Origin: the human T2T-CHM13v2.0 reference genome, Homo sapiens | DNA length: 64,000 bases | Reading direction: 5' to 3' (one strand) | Assembly (NCBI RefSeq): GCF_009914755.1 | Contig: NC_060925.1 | In this document: in pieces, positions 28,941 through 43,480 of the stretch | Numbering within the stretch: the stretch's first letter is position 1 | Layout: each line of letters opens with the position of its first letter | Position numbers and translations under genes: made by a program | The notes under the pieces: generated by a model | What the model was told of the DNA's origin: nothing | Database searches by the model: none | Seen by the model: the letters and a program-made list of their open reading frames with translations, nothing else

Positions 28941-31900
28941 ATGAAATTGAAATGGATGGACTCATCATCGAATGGATTCGAAAGGAATCATCGAATAAAA
29001 TTGATTGAAATCATCATCGAATGGAATCGAATGGTATCATTGAATGGAATCGAATGGAATCATCATCAGATGGAAATGAATGGAATCGTCATAGAATGGA
29101 ATCGAATGGATTCATTGAATGGAATCAGATGGAATCATCGAATGGACTGGAATGGAATCATTGAATGGACTCGAAAGGGATCATTATTGAATGGAATTGA
29201 ATGGAATCATCGAATGGTCTCGATTGGAATCATTATCAAATGGAATCGAATGGAATCACCGAATAGAATCGAATGGAACAATCATCGAATGGACTCAAAT
29301 GGAATTATCCTCAAATGGAATTGAATGGAATTATCGAATGCAATCGAATGGAATTATCGAATGCAATCGAATAGAATCATCGAATGGACTCGAATGGAAT
29401 CATCGAATGGAATGGAATGGAACAGTCAATGAACTCGAATGGAATCATCATTGAATGGAATCGAATGGAATCATCGAGTGGAATCGAATGTAATCATCAT
29501 CAAATGGAATCAAAAATAACCATCATCAAATGGAATCAAAAATAACCATCATCAATTGGTATTGAATGGAATTCTCATCAAATGGAATTCAAAGGAATCA
29601 TCATCAAATGGAACCGAATGGAATCCTCATTGAATGGAAATGAAAGGGGTCATCATCTAATGGAATCGCATGGAATCATCATCAAATGGAATCGAATGGA
29701 ATCATCATCAAATGGAATCTAATGGAATCATTCAACAGAATTGAATGGAATCGTCATCGAATGAATTGAATGCAATCATCGAATGGTCTCAAATGGAATG
29801 ATCTTCTAATGGAAAGGAATGGAATCATCGCATAGAATCGAATGGAATTGTCATCGAATGGAATCGAATGGTATCAACACCAAACGGAAAAAAACGGAAT
29901 TATCGAATGGAATCGAAGAGAATCTTCGAACGGACCCGAATGGAATCATCTAATGGAATGGAATGGAATAATCCATGGACTCGAATGCAATCATCATCGA
30001 ATGGAATCGAATGGAATCATCGAATGGACTCGAATGGAATAATCATTGAACGGAATCGAATGGAATCATCATCGGATGGAAACGAATGGAATCATCATCG
30101 GATGGGAATGAAAGGAGTCATCATCTAATGGAATTGCATGGAATCATCGTAAAATGGAATCGAATGGAATCAACATCAAATGGAATCAAATGGAATCATT
30201 GAACGGAATTGAATGGAATCGTCATCGAATGAATTGAATGCAATCATCGAATGGTCTCGAATGGAATCATCTTCAAATGGAATGGAATGGAATCATTGCA
30301 TAGAATCGAATGGAATTATCATCGAATGGAATCAAATGGTATCAACATCAAACGGGAAAAAACGGAATTATCGAATGGAATCGAAGAGAATCTTCGAACG
30401 TACCCGAATGGAATCATCTAATGGAGTGGAATGGAATAATCCATGGACTCTAATGCAATCATCATCGAATGGAATCGAATGGAATCATCGAATGGACTCG
30501 AATGGAATAATCATTGAACGGAATCGAATGGAATCATCATCGGATGGAAATGAATGGAAGGATCATCGAATGGAATCGAATAGAATTATGGAATGAAATC
30601 CAGTGTGATCATCATCGAATGGACCCGAATGGAATCATCATCCAACGGAAGCTAATGGAATCAACATCGAATGAATCGAATGGAAACACCATCGAATTGA
30701 AACGAATGGAATTATCATGAAATTGAAATGGATGGACCCATCATCGAATGGATTCGAATGGAATCATCGAATAAAATTGATTGAAATCATCATCAAATGG
30801 AATCGAATGGTGTCATTGAATGGGATCGAATGGAATCATCGTCAGATGGAAATGAATGGAATCGTCATAGAATGGAATCGAATGGATTCATTGAATGGAA
30901 TCAGATGGAATCATCGAATGGACTGGAATGGAATCATTGAATGGCCTCGAATGGAATCATTATTGAATGGAATTGAATGGAATCATCGAATGGTCTCGAT
31001 TGGAATCATTATCAAATGGAATCGAATGGAATCACCGAATAGAATCGAATGGAACAATCATCGAATTGACTCAAATGGAATTATCCTCAAATGGAATCGA
31101 ATGGAATTATCGAATGCAATCGAATGGAATTATCGAATGCAATCGAATAGAATCATCGAATGGACTCGAATGGAATCATCGAATGGAATGGAATGGAACA
31201 GTCAATGAACTCGAACGGAATCATCATTGAATGGAATCGAATGGAATCATCGAGTGGAATCGAATGGAATTATGATCAAATGGAATCGAATGTAATCCTC
31301 ATCAAATGGAATCAAAAATAACGATCATCAATTGGTATTGAATGGAATTGTCATCAAATGGAATTGAAAGGAATCATCATCAAATGGAACCGAATGGAAT
31401 CCTCATTGATTGGAAATGAAAGTGGTCATCATCTAATGGAATCGCATGGAATCATCATCAAATGGAATCGAATGGAATCATCATGAAATGGAATCTAAGG
31501 GAATCATTGAACAGAATTGAATGGAATCGTCATCGAATGAATTGAATGCAATCATCGAATGATCTCGAATGGAATCATCTTCAAATGGAAAGGAATGGAA
31601 TCATCGCATAGAATCGAATGGAATTATCATCGAATGGAATCCAATGGTATCAACATCAAACGGAAAAAAACGGAATTATGGAATGGAATCGAAGAGAATC
31701 TTCGAACGGACCCGAATGGAATCATCTAATGGAATGGAATGGAATAATCCATGGACTCGAATGCAATCATCATCAAATGGAATCGAACGGAATCATCGAA
31801 TGGACTCGAATGGAATAATCATTGAACGGAATCGAATGGAATCATCATCGGATGGAAACGAATGGAATCATCATCGAATGGAAATGAAAGGAGTCATCAT

Positions 31901-32960
31901 CTAATGGAATTGCATGGAATCATCATAAAATGGAATCGAATGGAATCAACATCAAATGGAATCAAATGGAATCATTGAATGGAATTGAATGGAATCGTCA
32001 TCGAATGAATTGAATGCAATCATCGAATGGTCTCGAATGGAATCATCTTCTAATGGAAAGGAATGGAATCATCGCATAGAATCGAATGGAATTATCATCG
32101 AATGGAATCGAATGGTATCAACACCAAACGGAAAAAAACGGAATTATCGAATGGAATCGAAGAGAATCTTCGAACGGACCCGAATGGAATCATCTAATGG
32201 AATGGAATGGAATAATCCATGGACTCGAATGCAATCATCATCGAATGGAATGGAATGGAATCATCGAATGGACTCGAATGGAATAATCATTGAACGGAAT
32301 CGAATGGAATCATCATCGGATGGAAACGAATGGAATCATCATCGAATGGAAATGAAAGGAGTCATCATCTAATGGAATTGCATGGAATCATCATAAAATG
32401 GAATCGAATGGAATCAACATCAAATGGAATCAAATGGAATCATTGAACGAAATTGAATGGAATCGTCATCGAATGAATTGACTGCAATCATCCAATGGTC
32501 TCGAATGGAATCATCTTCAAATGGAATGGAATGGAATCATCGCATAGAATCGAATGGAATTATCATCGAATGGAATCGAATGGAATCAACATCAAACGGA
32601 AAAAAACGGAATTATCGAATGGAATCGAAGAGAATCATCGAATGGACCCGAATGGAATCATCTAATGGAATGGAATGGAATAATCCATGGACTCGAATGC
32701 AATCATCATCGAATGGAATCGAATGGAATCATCGAATGGACTCGAATGGAATAATCATTGAACGGAATCGAATGGAATCATCATCGGATGGAAATGAATG
32801 GAATCATCATCGAATGGAATCGAATAGAATTATGGAATGAAATCCAGTGTGATCATCATCGAATGGACCCGAATGGAATCATCATCCAACGGAAGCTAAT
32901 GGAATCAACATCGAATGAATCGAATGGAAACACCATCGAATTGAAACGAATGGAATTATC

Positions 32961-35900
32961 ATGAAATTGAAATGGATGGACTCATCATCGAATGGATTCG
33001 AATCGAATCATCGAATAAAATTGATTGAAATCATCATCAAATGGAATCGAATGGTATCATTGAATGGAATCGAATGGAATCATCATCAGATGGAAATGAA
33101 TGGAATCGTCATAGAATGGAATCGAATGGATTCATTGAATGGAATCAGATGGAATCATCGAATGGACTGGAATGGAATCATTGAATGGACTCGAAAGGGA
33201 TCATTATTGAATGGAATTGAATGGAATCATCGAATGGTCTCGATTGGAATCATTACCAAATGGAATCGAATGGAATCACCGAATAGAATCGAATGGAACA
33301 ATCATCGAATGGACTCAAATGGAATTATCCTCAAATGGAATCGAATGGAATTATCGAATGCAATCGAATGGAATTATCGAATGCAATCGAATAGAATCAT
33401 CGAAAGGATTCGAATGGAATCATCGAATGGAATGGAATGGAACAGTCAATGAACTCGAATGGAATCATCATTGAATGGAATCGAATGGAATCATCGAGTG
33501 GAATTGAATGGAATTATGATCAAATGGAATCGAATGTAATCATCATCAAATGGAATCAAAAATAACCATCATCAATTGGTATTGAATGGAATTGTCATCA
33601 AATGGAATTCAAAGGAATCATCATCAAATGGAACCGAATGGAATCCTCATTGAATGGAAATGAAAGGGGTCATCATCTAATGGAATCGCATGGAATCATC
33701 ATCAAATGGAATCGAATGGAATCATCATCAAATGGAATCTAATGGAATCATTGAACAGAATTGAATGGAATCGTCATCGAATGAATTGAATGCAATCATC
33801 GAATGGTCTCGAATGGAATCATCTTCTAATGGAAAGGAATGGAATCATCGCATAGAATCGAATGGAATTATCATCGAATGGAATCGAATGGTATCAACAC
33901 CAAACGGAAAAAAACGGAATTATCGAATGGAATCGAAGAGAATCTTCGAACGGACCCGAATGGAATCATCTAATGGAATGGAATGGAATAATCCATGGAC
34001 TCGAATGCAATCATCATCGAATGGAATCGAATGGAATCATCGAATGGACTCGAATGGAATAATCATTGAACGGAATCGAATGGAATCATCATCGGATGGA
34101 AATGAATGGAATCATCATCGAATGGAATCGAATAGAATTATGGAATGAAATCCAGTGTGATCATCATCGAATGGACCCGAATGGAATCATCATCCAACGG
34201 AAGCTAATGGAATCAACATCGAATGAATCAAATGGAAACGCCATCGAATTGAAACCAATGGAATTACCATGAAATTGAAATGGATGGACTCATCATCAAA
34301 TGGATTCGAGTGGAATCATCGAATAAAATTGATTGAAATCATCATCGAATGGAATCGAATGGTATCATTGAATGGAATCGAATGGAATCATCATCAGATG
34401 GAAATGAAAGGAATCGTCATAGAATGGAATCGAATGGATTCATTGAATGGAATCAGATGGAATCATTGAATGGACTGGAATGGAATCATTGAATGGACTC
34501 GAAAGGGATCATTATTGAATGGAATTGAATGGAATCATCGAATGGTCTCGATTGGAATCATTATCAAATGGAATCGAATGGAATCACCAAATAGAATCGA
34601 ATGGAACAATCATCGAATGGACTCAAATGGAATAATCCTCAAATGGAATTGAATGGAATTATCGAATGCAATCGAATGGAATTATCGAATGCAATCGAAT
34701 AGAATCATCGAATGGACTCGAATGGAATCATCGAATGGAATGGAATGGAACAGTCAATGAACTCGAATGGAATCATCATTGAATGGAATCGAATGGAATC
34801 ATCGAGTGGAATCGAATGTAATCATCATCAAATGGAATCAAAAATAACCATCATCAAATGGAATCAAAAATAACCATCATCAATTGGTATTGAATGGAAT
34901 TCTCATCAAATGGAATTCAAAGGAATCATCATCAAATGGAACCGAATGGAATCCTCATTGAATGGAAATGAAAGGGGTCATCATCTAATGGAATCGCATG
35001 GAATCATCATCAAATGGAATCGAATGGAATCAACATCAAATGGAATCAAATGGAATCATTGAACGGAATTGAATGGAATCGTCATCGAATGAATTGAATG
35101 CAATCATCGAATGGTCTCGAATGGAATCATCTTCAAATGGAATGGAATGGAATCATCGCATAGAATCGAATGGAATTTTCATCGAATGGAATCGAATGGA
35201 ATCAACATCAAACGGAAAAAAACGGAATTATCGAATGGAATCGAAGAGAATCACCGAATGGACCCGAATGGAATCATCTAATGGAATGGAATGGAATAAT
35301 CCATGGACTCGAATGCAATCATCATCGAATGGAATCGAATGGAATCATCGAATGGACTCGAATGGAATAATCATTGAACGGAATCGAATGGAATCATCAT
35401 CGGATGGAAATGAATGGAATCATCATCGAATGGAATCGAATAGAATTATGGAATGAAATCCAGTGTGATCATCATCGAATGGACCCGAATGGAATCATCA
35501 TCCAACGGAAGCTAATGGAATCAACATCGAATGAATCAAATGGAAACACCATCGAATTGAAACGAATGGAATTACCATGAAATTGAAATGGATGGACTCA
35601 TCCTCAAATGGATTCGAGTGGAATCATCGAATAAAATTGATTGAAATCATCATCGAATGGAATCGAATGGTATCATTGAATGGAATCGAATGGAATCATC
35701 ATCAGATGGAAATGAAAGGAATCGTCATAGAATGGAATCGAATGGATTCATTGAATGGAATCAGATGGAATCATTGAATGGACTGGAATGGAATCATTGA
35801 ATGGACTCGAAAGGGATCATTATTGAATGGAATTGAATGGAATCATCGAATGGTCTCGATTGGAATCATTATCAAATGGAATCGAATGGAATCACCGAAT

Positions 35901-38192
35901 AGAATCGAATGGAACAATCATCGAATGGACTCAAATGGAATTATCCTCAAATGGAATTGAATGGAATTATCGAATGCAATCGAATGGAATTATCGAATGC
36001 AATCGAATAGAATCATCGAATGGACTCCAATGGAATCATCGAATGGAATGGAATGGAACAGTCAATGAACTCGAATGGAATCATCATTGAATGGAATCGA
36101 ATGGAATCATCGAGTGGAATCGAATGTAATCATCATCAAATGGAATCAAAAATAACCATCATCAAATGGAATCAAAAATAACCATCATCAATTGGTATTG
36201 AATGGAATTCTCATCAAATGGAATTCAAAGGAATCATCATCAAATGGAACCGAATGGAATCCTCATTGAATGGAAATGAAAGGGGTCATCATCTAATGGA
36301 ATCGCATGGAATCATCATAAAATGGAATCGAATGGAATCAACATCAAATGGAATCAAATGGAATAATTGAACGGAATTGAATGGAATCGTCATCGAATGA
36401 ATTGAATGCAATCATCGAATGGTCTCGAATGGAATCATCTTCAAATGGAATGGAATGGAATCATCGCATAGAATCGAAAGGAATTATCATCGAATGGAAT
36501 CGAATGGAATCAACACCAAACGGAAAAAAACGGAATTATCGAATGGAATCGAAGAGAATCATCGAATGGACCCGAATGGAATCATCTAATGGAATGGAAT
36601 GGAATAATCCATGGACTCGAATGCAATCATCATCGAATGGAATCGAATGGAATCATCCAATGGACTCGAATGGAATAATCATTGAACGGAATCGAATGGA
36701 ATCATCATCGGATGGAAATGAATGGAATCATCATCGAATGGAATCGAATAGAATTATGGAATGAAATCCAGTGTGATCATCATCGAATGGACCCGAATGG
36801 AATCATCATCCAACGGATGCTAATGGAATCAACATCGAATGAATCAAATGGAAACACCATCGAATTGAAACGAATGGAATTACCATGAAATTGAAATGGA
36901 TGGACTCATCATCGAATGGATTCGAAAGGAATCATCGAATAAAATTGATTGAAATCATCATCGAATGGAATCGAATGGTATCATTGAATGGAATCGAATG
37001 GAATCATCATCAGATGGAAATGAATGGAATCGTCATAGAATGGAATCGAATGGATTCATTGAATGGAATCAGATGGAATCATCGAATGGACTGGAATGGA
37101 ATCATTGAATGGACTCGAAAGGGATCATTATTGAATGGAATTGAATGGAATCATCGAATGGTCTCGATTGGAATCATTATCAAATGGAATCGAATGGAAT
37201 CACCGAATAGAATCGAATGGAACAATCATCGAATGGACTCAAATGGAATTATCCTCAAATGGAATTGAATGGAATTATCGAATGCAATCGAATGGAATTA
37301 TCGAATGCAATCGAATAGAATCATCGAATGGACTCGAATGGAATCATCGAATGGAATGGAATGGAACAGTCAATGAACTCGAATGGAATCATCATTGAAT
37401 GGAATCGAATGGAATCATCGAGTGGAATCGAATGTAATCATCATCAAATGGAATCAAAAATAACCATCATCAAATGGAATCAAAAATAACCATCATCAAT
37501 TGGTATTGAATGGAATTGTCATCAAATGGAATTCAAAGGAATCATCATCAAATGGAACCGAATGGAATCCTCATTGAATGGAAATGAAAGGGGTCATCAT
37601 CTAATGGAATCGCATGGAATCATCATAAAATGGAATCGAATGGAATCAACATCAAATGGAATCAAATGGAATATGTGAACGGAATTGAATGGAATCGTCA
37701 TCGAATGAATTGAATGCAATCATCGAATGGTCTCGAATGGAATCATCTTCAAATGGAATGCAATGGAATCATCGCATAGAATCGAAAGGAATTATCATCG
37801 AATGGAATCGAATGGAATCAACACCAAACGGAAAAAAACGGAATTATCGAATGGAATCGAAGAGAATCATCGAATGGACCCGAATGGAGTCATCTAATGG
37901 AATGGAATGGAATAATCCATGGACTCGAATGCAATCATCATCGAATGGAATCGAATGGAATCATCGAATGGACTCGAATGGAATAATCATTGAACGGAAT
38001 CGAATGGAATCATCATCGGATGGAAATGAATGGAATCATCATCGAATGGAATCGAATAGAATTATGGAATGAAATCCAGTGTGATCATCATCGAATGGAC
38101 CCGAATGGAATCATCATCCAACGGATGCTAATGGAATCAACATCGAATGAATCAAATGGAAACACCATCGAATTGAAACGAATGGAATTACC
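32961..38192. repeat. Run of four 1308-bp (single-module) units
   Basis: Landmarks at 32961, 34269, 35577, 36885 and 38193, each 1308 apart. Confidence 0.95.
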
Positions 38193-41100
38193 ATGAAATT
38201 GAAATGGATGGACTCATCATCGAATGGATTCGAAAGGAATCATCGAATAAAATTGATTGAAATCATCATCGAATGGAATCGAATGGTATCATTGAATGGA
38301 ATCGAATGGAATCATCATCAGATGGAAATGAATGGAATCGTCATAGAATGGAATCGAATGGATTCATTGAATGGAATCAGATGGAATCATCGAATGGACT
38401 GGAATGGAATCATTGAATGGACTCGAAAGAGATCATGATTGAATGGAATTGAATAGAATCATCGAATGGTCTCGATTGGAATCATTATCAAATGGAATCG
38501 AATGGAATCACCGAATAGAATCGAATGGAACAATCATCGAATGGACTCAAATGGAATTATCCTCAAATGGAATCGAATGGAATTATCGAATGCAATCGAA
38601 TAGAATCATCGAATGGACTCGAATGGAATCATCGAATGGAATGGAATGGAACAGTCAATGAACTCGAATGGAATCATCATTGAATGGAATCGAATGTAAT
38701 CATCGAGTGGAATCGAATGGAATTATGATCAAATGGAATCGAATGTAATCATCATCAAATGGAATCAAAAATAACCATCATCAATTGGTATTGAATGGAA
38801 TTGTCATCAAATGGAATTCAAAGGAAACATCATCAAATGGAACCGAATGGAATCCTCATTGAATGGAAATGAAAGGGGTCATCATCTAATGGAATCGCAT
38901 GGAATCATCATCAAATGGAATCGAATGGAATCATCATCAAATGGAATCTAATGGAATCATTCAACAGAATTGAATGGAATCGTCATCGAATGAATTGAAT
39001 GCAATCATCGAATGGTCTCGAATGGAACCTTCTTCTAATGGAAAGGAATGGAATCATCGCATAGAATCGAATGGAATTGTCATCGAATGGAATCGAATGG
39101 TATCAACACCAAACGGAAAAAAACGGAATTATCGAATGGAATCGAAGAGAATCTTCGAACGGACCCGAATGGAATCATCTAATGGAATGGAATGGAATAA
39201 TCCATGGACTCGAATGCAATCATCATCGAATGGAATCGAATGGAATCATCGAATGGACTCGAATGGAATAATCATTGAACGGAATCGAATGGAATCATCA
39301 TCGGATGGAAACGAATGGAATCATCATCGGATGGGAATGAAAGGAGTCATCATCTAATGGAATTGCATGGAATCATCGTAAAATGGAATCGAATGGAATC
39401 AACATCAAATGGAATCAAATGGAATCATTGAACGGAATTGAATGGAATCGTCATCGAATGAATTGAATGCAATCATCGAATGGTCTCGAATGGAATCATC
39501 TTCAAATGGAATGGAATGGAATCATTGCATAGAATCGAATGGAATTATCATCGAATGGAATCGAATGGTATCAACATCAAACGGGAAAAAACGGAATTAT
39601 CGAATGGAATCGAAGAGAATCTTCGAACGTACCCGAATGGAATCATCTAATGGAGTGGAATGGAATAATCCATGGACTCTAATGCAATCATCATCGAATG
39701 GAATCGAATGGAATCATCGAATGGACTCGAATGGAATAATCATTGAACGGAATCGAATGGAATCATCATCGGATGGAAATGAATGGAAGGATCATCGAAT
39801 GGAATCGAATAGAATTATGGAATGAAATCCAGTGTGATCATCATCGAATGGACCCGAATGGAATCATCATCCAACGGAAGCTAATGGAATCAACATCGAA
39901 TGAATCGAATGGAAACACCATCGAATTGAAACGAATGGAATTATCATGAAATTGAAATGGATGGACCCATCATCGAATGGATTCGAAAGGAATCATCGAA
40001 TAAAATTGATTGAAATCATCATCAAATGGAATCGAATGGTGTCATTGAATGGGATCGAATGGAATCATCGTCAGATGGAAATGAATGGAATCGTCATAGA
40101 ATGGAATCGAATGGATTCATTGAATGGAATCAGATGGAATCATCGAATGGACTGGAATGGAATCATTGAATGGCCTCGAATGGAATAATTATTGAATGGA
40201 ATTGAATGGAATCATCGAATGGTCTCGATTGGAATCATTATCAAATGGAATCGAATGGAATCACCGAATAGAATCGAATGGAACAATCATCGAATGGACT
40301 CAAATGGAATTATCCTCAAATGGAATCGAATGGAATTATCGAATGCAATCGAATAGAATCATCGAATGGACTCGAATGGAATCATCGAATGGAATGGAAT
40401 GGAACAGTCAATGAACTCGAATGGAATCATCATTGAATGGAATCGAATGGAATCATCGAGTGGAATCGAATGTAATCATCATCAAATGGAATCAAAAATA
40501 ACCATCATCAAATGGAATCAAAAATAACCATCATCAATTGGTATTGAATGGAATTGTCATCAAATGGAATTCAAAGGAATCATCATCAAATGGAACCGAA
40601 TGGAATCCTCATTGAATGGAAATGAAAGGGGTCATCATCTAATGGAATCGCATGGAATCATCATAAAATGGAATCGAATGGAATCAACATCAAATGGAAT
40701 CAAATGGAATATGTGAACGGAATTGAATGGAATCGTCATCGAATGAATTGAATGCAATCATCGAATGGTCTCGAATGGAATCATCTTCAAATGGAATGCA
40801 ATGGAATCATCGCATAGAATCGAAAGGAATTATCATCGAATGGAATCGAATGGAATCAACACCAAACGGAAAAAAACGGAATTATCGAATGGAATCGAAG
40901 AGAATCATCGAATGGACCCGAATGGAGTCATCTAATGGAATGGAATGGAATAATCCATGGACTCGAATGCAATCATCATCGAATGGAATCGAATGGAATC
41001 ATCGAATGGACTCGAATGGAATAATCATTGAACGGAATCGAATGGAATCATCATCGGATGGAAATGAATGGAATCATCATCGAATGGAATCGAATAGAAT

Positions 41101-43480
41101 TATGGAATGAAATCCAGTGTGATCATCATCGAATGGACCCGAATGGAATCATCATCCAACGGATGCTAATGGAATCAACATCGAATGAATCAAATGGAAA
41201 CACCATCGAATTGAAACGAATGGAATTACCATGAAATTGAAATGGATGGACTCATCATCGAATGGATTCGAAAGGAATCATCGAATAAAATTGATTGAAA
41301 TCATCATCGAATGGAATCGAATGGTATCATTGAATGGAATCGAATGGAATCATCATCAGATGGAAATGAATGGAATCGTCATAGAATGGAATCGAATGGA
41401 TTCATTGAATGGAATCAGATGGAATCATCGAATGGACTGGAATGGAATCATTGAATGGACTCGAAAGAGATCATGATTGAATGGAATTGAATAGAATCAT
41501 CGAATGGTCTCGATTGGAATCATTATCAAATGGAATCGAATGGAATCACCGAATAGAATCGAATGGAACAATCATCGAATGGACTCAAATGGAATTATCC
41601 TCAAATGGAATCGAATGGAATTATCGAATGCAATCGAATAGAATCATCGAATGGACTCGAATGGAATCATCGAATGGAATGGAATGGAACAGTCAATGAA
41701 CTCGAATGGAATCATCATTGAATGGAATCGAATGTAATCATCGAGTGGAATCGAATGGAATTATGATCAAATGGAATCGAATGTAATCATCATCAAATGG
41801 AATCAAAAATAACCATCATCAATTGGTATTGAATGGAATTGTCATCAAATGGAATTCAAAGGAAACATCATCAAATGGAACCGAATGGAATCCTCATTGA
41901 ATGGAAATGAAAGGGGTCATCATCTAATGGAATCGCATGGAATCATCATCAAATGGAATCGAATGGAATCATCATCAAATGGAATCTAATGGAATCATTC
42001 AACAGAATTGAATGGAATCGTCATCGAATGAATTGAATGCAATCATCGAATGGTCTCGAATGGAACCTTCTTCTAATGGAAAGGAATGGAATCATCGCAT
42101 AGAATCGAATGGAATTGTCATCGAATGGAATCGAATGGTATCAACACCAAACGGAAAAAAACGGAATTATCGAATGGAATCGAAGAGAATCTTCGAACGG
42201 ACCCGAATGGAATCATCTAATGGAATGGAATGGAATAATCCATGGACTCGAATGCAATCATCATCGAATGGAATCGAATGGAATCATCGAATGGACTCGA
42301 ATGGAATAATCATTGAACGGAATCGAATGGAATCATCATCGGATGGAAACGAATGGAATCATCATCGGATGGGAATGAAAGGAGTCATCATCTAATGGAA
42401 TTGCATGGAATCATCGTAAAATGGAATCGAATGGAATCAACATCAAATGGAATCAAATGGAATCATTGAACGGAATTGAATGGAATCGTCATCGAATGAA
42501 TTGAATGCAATCATCGAATGGTCTCGAATGGAATCATCTTCAAATGGAATGGAATGGAATCATTGCATAGAATCGAATGGAATTATCATCGAATGGAATC
42601 GAATGGTATCAACATCAAACGGGAAAAAACGGAATTATCGAATGGAATCGAAGAGAATCTTCGAACGTACCCGAATGGAATCATCTAATGGAGTGGAATG
42701 GAATAATCCATGGACTCTAATGCAATCATCATCGAATGGAATCGAATGGAATCATCGAATGGACTCGAATGGAATAATCATTGAACGGAATCGAATGGAA
42801 TCATCATCGGATGGAAATGAATGGAAGGATCATCGAATGGAATCGAATAGAATTATGGAATGAAATCCAGTGTGATCATCATCGAATGGACCCGAATGGA
42901 ATCATCATCCAACGGAAGCTAATGGAATCAACATCGAATGAATCGAATGGAAACACCATCGAATTGAAACGAATGGAATTATCATGAAATTGAAATGGAT
43001 GGACCCATCATCGAATGGATTCGAAAGGAATCATCGAATAAAATTGATTGAAATCATCATCAAATGGAATCGAATGGTGTCATTGAATGGGATCGAATGG
43101 AATCATCGTCAGATGGAAATGAATGGAATCGTCATAGAATGGAATCGAATGGATTCATTGAATGGAATCAGATGGAATCATCGAATGGACTGGAATGGAA
43201 TCATTGAATGGCCTCGAATGGAATAATTATTGAATGGAATTGAATGGAATCATCGAATGGTCTCGATTGGAATCATTATCAAATGGAATCGAATGGAATC
43301 ACCGAATAGAATCGAATGGAACAATCATCGAATGGACTCAAATGGAATTATCCTCAAATGGAATCGAATGGAATTATCGAATGCAATCGAATAGAATCAT
43401 CGAATGGACTCGAATGGAATCATCGAATGGAATGGAATGGAACAGTCAATGAACTCGAATGGAATCATCATTGAATGGAA
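37400..43480. repeat. Recent tandem duplication, period 3038 bp (1753 + 1285); boundaries approximate
   Basis: Private markers repeat at offset 3038: ATATGTGAAC at 37671/40709, GGAGTCATCTA near 37886/40924, AACCTTCTTC near 39026/42064. ORF translations are identical at 37689/40727, 38193/41231, 38974/42012 and 39946/42984. Confidence 0.9.
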
